Assembly (NCBI GenBank): GCA_051251855.1
Contig: JBPOGI010000005.1
Location: 160,001-224,000 of the forward strand
DNA: 64,000 nt
Direction: 5' to 3'
Origin: Roseibacillus sp.
Lineage (GTDB): Bacteria > Verrucomicrobiota > Verrucomicrobiia > Verrucomicrobiales > Akkermansiaceae
The notes under the pieces are model-generated. The model was not told the DNA's origin. It did not search any database and saw only the letters and a program-made list of their open reading frames with translations. Positions 38,184 to 46,984 of the stretch are shown piece after piece; within the stretch, counting starts at the first letter, position 1, and each line of letters begins with the position of its first letter. Both the position numbers and the translations under genes were made by a program.

Positions 38184-39305
38184 TTAGGCAGCACTGACTT
38201 TGCCTACATGCTTTCCGTAGGGAAAGTAGCGGAGAAGACACCCGACTCCGGTGAGTCGTTCAAGTGCTTCGCTGTCTTTTACGGTCTCGATGGGGATGTC
38301 ATTTCGAGTAGCTAATCGAACAAGTTCTTCTTTGAGTTCAGGCTCATCGAAATCATGGTCGATAATGAGCATATCGGCATATCCCTGCATCAGGGCCTCT
38401 CTGGTAGCACTGACCCCGGCTACTCCGAGGCCTCGACTCATGACTGCAGACTCCAGTTCCTCAACTCGGTCGTGACTCTCGATATGTTCATTGGCGGCAA
38501 AGACTTCCAAAGCCTCAACCACGATGGGATAGATGCCATTACGAGGGTTCGTGGGGAGAGTCGTGAGGAGCTTTTTCTTTAGCCGAGGGGGAAGGGCCTT
38601 AGTAAAGCGGGCGACTGCTTTAGGGCTTCCCGCGACCACGAGGTGATTGTGGCCTCGCTGTTTCATGAGCTCATCGACAATTCCGATCTTCTGCTGAAGG
38701 AACTGGTCATTTCGGTTCTTCTTGTGGTTCTGGTAATGCTCTCGTGTCCACTCGCGTCCGAGTCTCTCACGCAGCTCGGGTCGCTTAGTGAAGATTTCGC
38801 GGGTGACGGCCCCGACCACGGTTTCGACGATACGAGCTTCTTCCTCTGTCACCACCACGATCGCGAATCGATGATAGGTGTCCTTGGTCTCGATGACGGG
38901 ATAGATGTGAGGAAGGGTGTCGACGATCAGCTGGCTGTCGAGAGGGACACTGAACTCGAGAGGAAGGAAAAAGGGCCGCTCTCCCCATCGGGCGTAAATG
39001 GCAGCTCCCTTCGACCCCTTTGCAAGGGATGTTTCGAGATGGTTCTTAATTTCGGCGAAGGCGTCTTCAAAGTCCACCCTTCGCTTTCCGCCGAGGCGAC
39101 GACTCATTTCGAGGGCCTGTCTTTCGAAGGCTTGTAAAGTCATGGCGAGATTTTCCTCCAAGTTGACGAAGCAGCTGATGAGAGGACTCTCGTCGGGAGC
39201 CACGTCGGAAAGACGATTCAGCGCCTTCTTGAGCTGGTAGCTCGGGATGGCTGCGTGAGGAGTCGACGGGCGGCATTCTTCAATTTTCATTGGCATCTTG
39301 TTCAT
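38184..39305 (-). CDS. Bacterial aeRF1/pelota-like (baeRF, Balon-like) protein lacking GGQ
   Basis: ISCFVN and KGAAIY N-domain; middle domain AIVVV...ARI...LVVAG; C-domain G..ATREAL..G...LI...GVGCLLRY; catalytic loop reads GREWTREHYQ. Confidence 0.8.
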   Translation of the reverse strand: MNKMPMKIEECRPSTPHAAIPSYQLKKALNRLSDVAPDESPLISCFVNLEENLAMTLQAFERQALEMSRRLGGKRRVDFEDAFAEIKNHLETSLAKGSKGAAIYARWGERPFFLPLEFSVPLDSQLIVDTLPHIYPVIETKDTYHRFAIVVVTEEEARIVETVVGAVTREIFTKRPELRERLGREWTREHYQNHKKNRNDQFLQQKIGIVDELMKQRGHNHLVVAGSPKAVARFTKALPPRLKKKLLTTLPTNPRNGIYPIVVEALEVFAANEHIESHDRVEELESAVMSRGLGVAGVSATREALMQGYADMLIIDHDFDEPELKEELVRLATRNDIPIETVKDSEALERLTGVGCLLRYFPYGKHVGKVSAA

Positions 39306-39307
39306 AG

Positions 39308-39369
39308 TCTCGTAAACTATGTCACGAAATCAAAAGGGCGCAAATAAAAGCGTGAAAAAAATGTCACCT
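39308..39369. promoter_or_regulatory. Two putative operator sites between baeRF and the HTH gene
   Basis: TCTCGTAA-ACTA-TGTCACGA (39308-39327) and GCGTGAAA-AAAA-TGTCACCT (39350-39369), 42 bp apart. Confidence 0.62.
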
Positions 39370-39380
39370 ATTAACCCGGT

Positions 39381-39719
39381 ATGAGTAATCCTAAGATTGA
39401 ACCCACTAAAAACCAGATAGTTCCAGACCCAGCTTTCCTTGCCGAAAAGTTTTCAGGATGGACGTTTTTGACAAATCATACCCACGTGATTGTCTGCCTC
39501 TCCCGTGATTCGGCACTGACGGTTAGAAGTTTGGCGCTCCAAATTGGTATTACTGAACGTTCGGTGCAGCGAATTTTAGCAGAGCTCGAAGAGGGCGGCG
39601 TGGTGCAGAGAACTAAGGATGGGCGCTGCAATCTCTATAGCATCGACGAGGATTTTCAGCTGCGTCATCCCCTAGAGTCGCATCACACTGTGGCCGATCT
39701 CTTGAAGGCTCTCAAGTAG
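39381..39719 (+). CDS. Small winged-HTH transcriptional regulator (WTFLTNH family)
   Basis: WTFLTNH.HV, LALQIGITERSVQRIL.ELE..G, GRCN.Y, LRHPLE. Confidence 0.88.
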   Translation: MSNPKIEPTKNQIVPDPAFLAEKFSGWTFLTNHTHVIVCLSRDSALTVRSLALQIGITERSVQRILAELEEGGVVQRTKDGRCNLYSIDEDFQLRHPLESHHTVADLLKALK

Positions 39720-39735
39720 GGTTCACGCCTAGAAA

Positions 39736-41022
39736 TTAGCTTTCCTCGATGAGCGGTTTGCGAGGATCCATGAGCATCCAAAGAGCAATCGCCAAAAGGT
39801 TCAAGGTTGCTGCAAGGTAGAAGAAGGGTTCGGTTTCGCGCGAAAATGGTGCGTTGGGTCCAACCCAGGTAGATGCGGCGAACCAAGCCGTGAGGTAGGG
39901 GAAGGCGAGCGAGGTGATCACGGAGCCGACGTTGCCAGCCATATTCATTGTCCCGGAAACAGTGCCCGCATTCTTTCCTCCAATATCGACACAGAAGGAC
40001 CACGAAGGTGACAAGGTCATGTCAGCCCCGAAGACGGCGAGGGTGAGAAAGGCGACCGCACCGACAACATTGTCCATGTGAAGGCTCGCCAAGAGACCAA
40101 TGGCCGCGAGCGAGAAACCGATGATAGCGGGGATACGCCTCGAGAGTTGGAGGTTGCCGCTGCGGAAGAGGCGATCGACGAGAGCGCCTGAGGTCAGGTT
40201 GCCAAGAAAGCCACCGAGCAAGGGAATTGCGGCAGCGAACCCTGCTTTCTCGGGGGTGAGATCGTAGGTTTCTTTGACGTAAGGATAAAGCCAGGTCAGT
40301 GCGAAGAAGAAGGTGAAGTTGCTGCAGAAATACTGCACCATGGTGAGCCACATGTTGCGTGAACCCAAGACGTGGCCAGCAGTAAGGGCGGTGGTTGAGG
40401 TGGAGGGTGGCTGTCGGTTCTCGATAATATGATTTTTCTCATCCTCGGAGATGGACTTGTGATCAGAGGGCTCATCGCGAAACCAAGCATACCAGACAAA
40501 GGCCCATACAAACCCTAACAATCCAAAGACCACAAAGGTCATGCGCCAGCCCATGAGGTGAATCAGGGCTGGCATCGCAAACATGGCAGCGGCGCCACCG
40601 AGTCGGGAGGCGGAAAAGTTGATGCCTGTTACGAGCCCTCGTTCCTTGACTGGAATCCATGAAAAGGTGGCGCGTGCCATGCCGGGGAAGGCTCCAGCCT
40701 CACCAATGCCGAAGAGAAAGCGACAGATGAGAAGTGAGAGGAGGTTGAACGTTGCTCCGGTAAGGGCGGTAAAGAGGGACCAGAAGGAGACCACGGCTGT
40801 GAGGATTTTCCGAGGACCGAGTCGATCGGAGAGAGCTCCGGCGGGAGTTTGTGCAAGGGCGTATCCGATAGCGAAGATGGAGAGGACCCAGCCGAATTGT
40901 TTGTCGCTGAGATTAAACTCGCCAGTGATATCACTCTTGGCAGCCGAGATACAGGCGCGGTCGATGTAAAGAATAAGCGAGAGAACGAAGGTGGCGGCGA
41001 CAAACTTGTGGCGGGTTTTCAT
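39736..41022 (-). CDS. MFS transporter (ACS / sugar-acid type)
   Basis: YIDRACIS, G.LSDRLGPRK, RFLFGIGEAGAFP, SGTMNMAGN. Confidence 0.9.
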   Translation of the reverse strand: MKTRHKFVAATFVLSLILYIDRACISAAKSDITGEFNLSDKQFGWVLSIFAIGYALAQTPAGALSDRLGPRKILTAVVSFWSLFTALTGATFNLLSLLICRFLFGIGEAGAFPGMARATFSWIPVKERGLVTGINFSASRLGGAAAMFAMPALIHLMGWRMTFVVFGLLGFVWAFVWYAWFRDEPSDHKSISEDEKNHIIENRQPPSTSTTALTAGHVLGSRNMWLTMVQYFCSNFTFFFALTWLYPYVKETYDLTPEKAGFAAAIPLLGGFLGNLTSGALVDRLFRSGNLQLSRRIPAIIGFSLAAIGLLASLHMDNVVGAVAFLTLAVFGADMTLSPSWSFCVDIGGKNAGTVSGTMNMAGNVGSVITSLAFPYLTAWFAASTWVGPNAPFSRETEPFFYLAATLNLLAIALWMLMDPRKPLIEES

Positions 41023-42056
41023 GGCGTGATAACGGTGTGAGTGGCGGCGGATTGGTAGGCGAGTTCGACGAGACGAACGGAACGCAGGTAATCATCAGCT
41101 TCGGACTCGAAGGGAGCTTCGGCGAGAAAACGTTTCACAAAATGTTGCTGGGTGGCGTGAACGCAGTTGCCAGCGAAGCCCTCGGATGAGGGTTGATAGG
41201 GGTGAATCGTTGCTTCTTCACCTAGCAGTTGGATTTTGATTTCTCCGCTCTCGTTCAAGGTGAGGTGGCCTTTAGAACCGTCGAGTCGAAGCCGGCCAAA
41301 GGTGTAGCGAGGGTTTTCGATGCTTGCGTCGGCTTCGCCGTAGCGGTTGGCATCGAGAACGGCGCTGCCACCGGCTTCGAAGTGGCAGACGATGAGGGCG
41401 GAGTCCTCGCCTTTGATGACGGGATTGCGCTGAGCGGTGGTTGCGTAGAGGGAAGATACTTCGCCAAAGAGATAGCGGAATGTGTCGAGAAAATGGACGC
41501 CGGTTTCGAAGATGAAGAGGCGCTCGTATTCGCGGAAGAACGGCTGGCGAGCAAGGTAGGCATCGTCACCCCAACCATCACCCATGCGGCATTGAAAGTG
41601 GAGGTGGTGGAAGTCGCCGAGGGTGCCAGCCTTGAGAATGGATTTGATTTCGCGATACCAAGGCTGCCAGCGCCAGTTCTCATGAACCATGAAGCGCACG
41701 TCGGGGAATTGGTGAGCGAGTTCAATGAGTTCTTGGGTTTCTTCCCAAGTAGGAGCCAGCGGCTTTTGACAGATAATGTGGACACCATGCTGGAAGGCGA
41801 TGCGGCAGAATTCCAGGTGGGTCTGGGGTGGGGTGATGATGTCGACGAAGTCAGGCTTTTGCTCGATGAGCATTTTCTCGAAGTCGGAAGCAGAGTAACT
41901 ACTAGGAATCTCGTATTCAGCGGCCATCTCCTCGGCCTTTGCGAGAGTGCGATTGCAGTTGGCGACCACGTTGACTTCGGGGATGTCCTTCCACGATTGG
42001 TATTGAAAGCGGGCGAAGTAGCCAGCGCCGACGATGCAGGCTTTGAGAGAGGTCAT
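41019..42056 (-). CDS. Gfo/Idh/MocA oxidoreductase (resembles D-apiose dehydrogenase type)
   Basis: GAGYF, DIITPP, CQKP, VHENWRWQPWYR, ETGVHFLD. Confidence 0.85.
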   Translation of the reverse strand: MTSLKACIVGAGYFARFQYQSWKDIPEVNVVANCNRTLAKAEEMAAEYEIPSSYSASDFEKMLIEQKPDFVDIITPPQTHLEFCRIAFQHGVHIICQKPLAPTWEETQELIELAHQFPDVRFMVHENWRWQPWYREIKSILKAGTLGDFHHLHFQCRMGDGWGDDAYLARQPFFREYERLFIFETGVHFLDTFRYLFGEVSSLYATTAQRNPVIKGEDSALIVCHFEAGGSAVLDANRYGEADASIENPRYTFGRLRLDGSKGHLTLNESGEIKIQLLGEEATIHPYQPSSEGFAGNCVHATQQHFVKRFLAEAPFESEADDYLRSVRLVELAYQSAATHTVITP

Positions 42057-43417
42057 ACGGTTGTGAGTTTGGTGTAAGCTTCGGTGAGGGATTCGTCAGA
42101 GCCGACGTTGCCGGGGAAGATGACGTAGGCGAGACCGGGAAAGCGGGTTTCGGCGCCGAGAGTCCAAACGGGGATGCCAGGCAGGATTTGGCCAATAACA
42201 AGGGCCTTAGTGATACCAAGCGCGTCGGTGGCGATGGTGGAAGAGGTGATTCCACCTTTGGATAGAAGGAAGCGCGGTCGGAGGGTGATGTTCTTGATGA
42301 GTGAGACAATGGTGTCGGAGATGACTTGAGAGAGCTGAAGGTTTTTCTTCATGCCGTCGGCAACAACGACTTCACGGCTCGTGTAGAGAACCACGTTTTT
42401 ACCAAATGCGAGATAGGCGGTGACCTCATCTGCAAGTTTTGGGATAAGGGAGGCTGGTTGTTCGAGTGCTTCGGGGACGTTGAGCTCGATGGGGACGAGA
42501 TTGGGATCGCTCTTGATGAGGTGGGCGAGCTGGCGGGAGGTTTTTGGGACGTGAGAGCCGATGACGATGAGCCCCCCGTTGGGGTTGGGCTCGAGATCTT
42601 GGAGCTGCCATGGCTCGAGTGGCGGGCGCACGGGGATTCCCGCAAAGGTCTGTACGAAGGAGGCCGCAGTTCGGAAGAGAAAGTCTCGGTCGCTAGCATG
42701 AAGGGCGGTGGCGAGGACTTCGAGGTCGCGGCGCTCGGTGGCATTGATGATGCAGGTGCAGCCGTCGGGCAGGTTGGCGAGTTCTTCAGAAACGTCGCCA
42801 GAACGAAGCTGTTGCAGAGAGATGGACTGGACATCGACGGGGCTGCCGGATTTCTCGGCGAAATAGTCTGGGAGGTAGGAGTGAGAGAAAGGGAAAGCGT
42901 GGTCCTTGGCGAAGGGAGTGAGATGAGCGGGGGTGGCGTCATCGCCTTTGACGATGTAGTGAGTGTCTTCAACGGTGATTCGGCCCCCAGCCTCGAAGTA
43001 GGGGATGAAGAGAGTGGGTGCTTTGGGGAGGTTGAGGGTTTCTCGGAGGATGTTGATTTCGAGAGGAAAGTGGCCCCGAAGAGTGGAGTCGGAGCGCGAA
43101 ATGACCATGATCTCGTCTTTGAACTCTTTTAAAGTCGCTCCGAGTTCTTGGTGAAGCACGGTGGTTTGAGAAACAGTGAGCGCGCGGGAGTTGGTGAGGA
43201 TATAGAGAACGGGAGGAGCCTCTTCGAGAGCGGCGGCGATAGAAGCTTGGTCGAACTGAGTGAGGACGGGGACGTCGAAAACGGTCTGCGTTCCGGTAGG
43301 GTCGTCGTCTAGAACGACGAGAGTCTTGCCCGAGTCGGCGAGTTGCTGGTGAATCTGTGGTAAGAGATCGTGCGCCCAGACGGGTGGGAGATTGGCGGTG
43401 AGGTCAGCGATGTTCAT
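42053..43417 (-). CDS. Four-carbon acid-sugar kinase family protein (DUF1537; SBD_N + NBD_C)
   Basis: Start MNIADL; LDDDPTGTQT, SRSDSTLRGH, GSHV.KT..Q, KGGITSS, FPGNVG. Confidence 0.88.
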   Translation of the reverse strand: MNIADLTANLPPVWAHDLLPQIHQQLADSGKTLVVLDDDPTGTQTVFDVPVLTQFDQASIAAALEEAPPVLYILTNSRALTVSQTTVLHQELGATLKEFKDEIMVISRSDSTLRGHFPLEINILRETLNLPKAPTLFIPYFEAGGRITVEDTHYIVKGDDATPAHLTPFAKDHAFPFSHSYLPDYFAEKSGSPVDVQSISLQQLRSGDVSEELANLPDGCTCIINATERRDLEVLATALHASDRDFLFRTAASFVQTFAGIPVRPPLEPWQLQDLEPNPNGGLIVIGSHVPKTSRQLAHLIKSDPNLVPIELNVPEALEQPASLIPKLADEVTAYLAFGKNVVLYTSREVVVADGMKKNLQLSQVISDTIVSLIKNITLRPRFLLSKGGITSSTIATDALGITKALVIGQILPGIPVWTLGAETRFPGLAYVIFPGNVGSDESLTEAYTKLTTV

Positions 43418-44052
43418 GAAAGTTGGGCAAAGGCGCGACAGGGAGAACCATCGCCATCTTGAATTTTTAGAGGGAAAGCGCCGAAGGTGAAGTCGCGGTC
43501 GGCGGGGAGTTTGTCGAGATTGACGAGGCCTTCGACGATGGCGACTCCTCCGGCGAGGAGGATTTCGTGAATAAGGGTCACTTCGACTAGGTCGTTCACG
43601 TTGGCTACGGAAGGTGGTTCGACTCCGAGGATGCGCACTTGGTGGGTGACGCACCAACGGGCGAATTCTTCCGAGAGGCGGGGGAGTTGGTTGCGGAAGA
43701 GGTCGAGGTTTTCTCTATGTTTGGCCCAGCCAGTATGGAGAAGAAGGGCATGCCCTGAAGGAAAGTTTTGGGAAAGAGTTCCTAGGTGTTGAGGAGTGAG
43801 GACTTCGGATGGATCGGAATTGAGGTGAGCGACGCGAGCGGGACCAAGGAAGGTTTCTAGGGGCAGCTGGTCGATGGTGTTGCCCATGGGGTGAGTGCAA
43901 CCAAAGTGTTTGGGGGCATCCATGTGGGTGCCTGAGTGGGAGTAGAGGTGAAGGTTTCGGGCGTTCCAGCCGTCCTGCTTAAGATCCTTGGCCACGTCCC
44001 AAGAGACCCCTGGTGTTTCAGGGGTAAGCGTGGCGGTGAGGTCGATGAGCAT
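43414..44052 (-). CDS. Cyclase-family metal hydrolase (KynB-like)
   Basis: Start MLIDL; HSGTHMDAP.H, HEILL, VEGL, DGSPCR. Confidence 0.9.
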   Translation of the reverse strand: MLIDLTATLTPETPGVSWDVAKDLKQDGWNARNLHLYSHSGTHMDAPKHFGCTHPMGNTIDQLPLETFLGPARVAHLNSDPSEVLTPQHLGTLSQNFPSGHALLLHTGWAKHRENLDLFRNQLPRLSEEFARWCVTHQVRILGVEPPSVANVNDLVEVTLIHEILLAGGVAIVEGLVNLDKLPADRDFTFGAFPLKIQDGDGSPCRAFAQLS

Positions 44053-44078
44053 TGTGTGAGAGGCAAGAGTCGTTTTTT

Positions 44079-45143
44079 TTAGCACCCTCCGAGGTTTGCA
44101 ATGATTTTTTCGGTGAGCGAGGTGGTGGTTTCGGTGCCGCCCATGTCGGGAGTGCGGTGAGTAGGGTTGGCAAGGGTTTTGCTGACGGCGTCGCGTATAA
44201 GTTTGGATGCCTCGTATTGTTTAAGCCATTCGAGCATGAGGGCGGCCGAGAGAATGGTGCCGACCGGGTTGGCTTTGCCTTGACCGGTGATGTCGGGCGC
44301 GGTGCCGTGCGATGGTTGGAAGACGGCGCAGTTTTCGCCAATGTCGCCTGAAGGAGCCATACCCATCCCGCCTACGAGTCCGGCAGCGAGGTCGGAGAGA
44401 ATGTCGCCAAACATGTTTTCGGTGACGAGGACGTCGAAGGATTCGGGCCTCTGCACAAGGAAAAGGGCTGCGGCGTCGACGTAGATGTGTTCGGTTTCGA
44501 CCTCAGGAAAATCTTTGGCGACTTCGTCGAAGATTTCGCGGAAGAAGACCATGGTGGGGAGGACGTTGGCTTTGTCGACAAGACTACATTTTTTGCGGCG
44601 GCGCATCGCTTCTTCAAAGGCATAGCGACAGATACGTTCGCAGCCTTTCCGCGTCAGATGGAGGACGTCGCTGGCTGAAGAGCGGTCTTCGGGTTGCTGG
44701 GAGCCGCGCGCAGAGAAGAGGCCTTCGGTATTTTCGCGCACGATCACGAAGTCGATCTCTCCGGCTTGATAATTTTTGAGAGGAGAGTCAGCGGAGGAGT
44801 AGAGGTAGATGGGGCGGGGGCCAGCATAGAGGTCGAGTCGCTCACGAATATCGATTTGAGGGGTCATCTCCCGTCCGTCGGGCCAGCGAACACCGGGGAG
44901 GCCCATGGCACCAAGGAGAACGGCATCGGATTGGCGGCAGGCCTCGAAGGCGGAGTCGGGGAGGGGATTACCGGAGCGTATGAATTCGCCAGCTCCCACC
45001 GAATGTTCTTCAAAGGTCAGCGAGAGGCTAGGCTCTTTTTGCATGACTGCTTCTAAAACGGAAACGGCGGCGTTGGTGACCTCGGGTCCAATCCCGTCAC
45101 CGGGTAGGACTGCGATTCGAAATGCTCTATTGCTCACTCCCAT
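44079..45143 (-). CDS. Beta-decarboxylating dehydrogenase (isopropylmalate/tartrate/D-malate family)
   Basis: LPGDGIGPE, VRENTEG, VDKANV, NMFGDILSD, HGTAPDI.G...ANP. Confidence 0.9.
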   Translation of the reverse strand: MGVSNRAFRIAVLPGDGIGPEVTNAAVSVLEAVMQKEPSLSLTFEEHSVGAGEFIRSGNPLPDSAFEACRQSDAVLLGAMGLPGVRWPDGREMTPQIDIRERLDLYAGPRPIYLYSSADSPLKNYQAGEIDFVIVRENTEGLFSARGSQQPEDRSSASDVLHLTRKGCERICRYAFEEAMRRRKKCSLVDKANVLPTMVFFREIFDEVAKDFPEVETEHIYVDAAALFLVQRPESFDVLVTENMFGDILSDLAAGLVGGMGMAPSGDIGENCAVFQPSHGTAPDITGQGKANPVGTILSAALMLEWLKQYEASKLIRDAVSKTLANPTHRTPDMGGTETTTSLTEKIIANLGGC

Positions 45144-45163
45144 GAGTTTGCAATGATGAAGGC

Positions 45164-45565
45164 ATGTTTAACCAGCTTGATCATGTGGCGATTCTCGTAA
45201 AAAACACGGAAGAGGCCCTCACGTTCTATCGCGACACATTGAAGCTCAATGTCCTGTTGAGTGAGGAATTGGCAGAAGTGGGTGTTCGGTTGACTCACCT
45301 CGATGGCGGAAATGTGAAGATTCAGCTCGTTGAGCCTTTGCGCAACGATCATCCTTTGAAAGCGCAGTTACAGGAGCGTGGAGAGCATATTCATCACCTT
45401 TGCTGGGGGGTCGAGGATACGCGGGAGGCGATGGAAAGATTGGGAGATTTTGGTTTGGCAGCGAAGGAGGGAGAACCCCATGCGGCACCTCAGAATGGTG
45501 AAGCTGCCTTTATTGACCCGTCGCAGACACGCGGAATTCTTTGGGAGATGACGGGGAAGAAGTAA
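45164..45565 (+). CDS. VOC-family protein (methylmalonyl-CoA epimerase-like)
   Basis: LDHVAI.V, IQLVEP, IHHLC, FIDP..T.G.L.E. Confidence 0.85.
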   Translation: MFNQLDHVAILVKNTEEALTFYRDTLKLNVLLSEELAEVGVRLTHLDGGNVKIQLVEPLRNDHPLKAQLQERGEHIHHLCWGVEDTREAMERLGDFGLAAKEGEPHAAPQNGEAAFIDPSQTRGILWEMTGKK

Positions 45566-45571
45566 GTAGTA

Positions 45572-46984
45572 TTGATGATGAGAAAAATTGTTTCTGTGCT
45601 CGGAGCGACGCTGGCCATGCTGGCGGCGAAGGAGAGGCCGAATGTGCTCCTGATCTGTGTAGACGATTTGAGGCCGGAGCTAGGCTGCTATGGCAAGGAC
45701 TACATCCATTCGCCGAATATTGATGGTCTCGCGAAGAGGGGGGTGACTTTTGAAAAGCACTATGTGCAAGCGCCCACCTGCGGGGCTTCGCGGTATGCCA
45801 TGCTGACGGGGTGTTATGGACCGGCGGGCAATGGAGCTTTGTTTGAGCGGGCGGGTAAGAAGAACAAAGAAGAGGTTGGGGCAAGTCTTCCAGGTTATTT
45901 TCGTGAAAAGGGATACACGACCGTTTCAGTCGGGAAGGTTTCGCATCATCCCGGTGGACGAGGAGGGGCGGATTGGGATGACGAGACGAAGTTGGAAATG
46001 CCTGAATCGTGGGACCGACATCTTTTGCCGGCTGGGCCTTGGCAGCACCCTCGAGGGTGGATGCATGGATTAGCAAACGGAGAAATCCGGAAGAACCGCT
46101 CGGAGATGGATGTCTTTCAAGCAGCGGAAGGAGATGACTCGATTTACCCCGATGGAGTGATGATTCCAGTGGCGATTGAGCAGCTAGGAGTTTTGGCTAA
46201 AGAGGAAAAGCCTTTCTTTTTGGCTGTGGGGATTTTGAGGCCGCATTTGCCATTCGGTGCACCTAAAAAGTATTTGGATATTTATGAGGGAGCGAAATTA
46301 CCGCCGATTCCTCATCCTGAGAAGCCGGTTGGGAAGACAACATGGCATGGTTCGGGGGAGTTTATGAAATACAATCGGTGGGGAAAGGATCCTAATGAGG
46401 ATGCGGATTTTGCCAATGAGGTGCGTCTCCACTATGCGGCATGTGTGAGCTATGCTGATGCGATGGTGGGACAGGTGTTGACGGCTTTAGAGAACTCGGG
46501 TGAGGCTGAGAATACGATCGTTGTTTTGTGGGGTGACCATGGTTGGCACTTGGGCGAGCATGGAGTTTGGGGAAAGCATACTTTATTCGAGGAGTCGTTG
46601 CGTTCGCCTTTGATTGTTGTCGCTCCAGAGCAAGGAGTTTCGAATCAGGCGGCTGCTGCAATTGTCCAGTCGGTGGACATCTTTCCAACCCTATGCGAGT
46701 TGGCGGGGCTTGCGGTTCCCGATGAGCTGGATGGTCGTTCCTTGAAACCTTTGTTAGAGAATCCGAAGGGGCAAAGCCGAGGGTTTGCTTATGGCATTCA
46801 TACCAAGAAGCGGACAATTCGCACTGAGGATTATCGATACATCGAGCACGACGGTGGACATTGTGAGGTCTATGATCTCAAGAGTTCCCACAAGGAGACT
46901 CTCAATATTGCTGCACTCGACCTCCAACTGATGGAGAAGATGCGCGCGAAGTTGGCAGCGGAAGTTCCGACGAAAGCTAAGTAA
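45572..46984 (+). CDS. Sulfatase (iduronate-2-sulfatase-like, Cys type)
   Basis: PNVL.I.VDDLR, CGASR, GK..H, RPHLP, GDHG.HLGEH. Confidence 0.93.
   Translation: MMMRKIVSVLGATLAMLAAKERPNVLLICVDDLRPELGCYGKDYIHSPNIDGLAKRGVTFEKHYVQAPTCGASRYAMLTGCYGPAGNGALFERAGKKNKEEVGASLPGYFREKGYTTVSVGKVSHHPGGRGGADWDDETKLEMPESWDRHLLPAGPWQHPRGWMHGLANGEIRKNRSEMDVFQAAEGDDSIYPDGVMIPVAIEQLGVLAKEEKPFFLAVGILRPHLPFGAPKKYLDIYEGAKLPPIPHPEKPVGKTTWHGSGEFMKYNRWGKDPNEDADFANEVRLHYAACVSYADAMVGQVLTALENSGEAENTIVVLWGDHGWHLGEHGVWGKHTLFEESLRSPLIVVAPEQGVSNQAAAAIVQSVDIFPTLCELAGLAVPDELDGRSLKPLLENPKGQSRGFAYGIHTKKRTIRTEDYRYIEHDGGHCEVYDLKSSHKETLNIAALDLQLMEKMRAKLAAEVPTKAK

Noticed and set aside
43418..43657. N-terminal extension of the 534-aa kinase ORF
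   Set aside because: It overlaps the cyclase gene; the ATGA junction at 43414-43417 marks the real start
44079..45143. Calling the dehydrogenase leuB
   Set aside because: No leuCD nearby, a catabolic context, and the substrate loop (EMTPQIDIR) differs from typical LeuB
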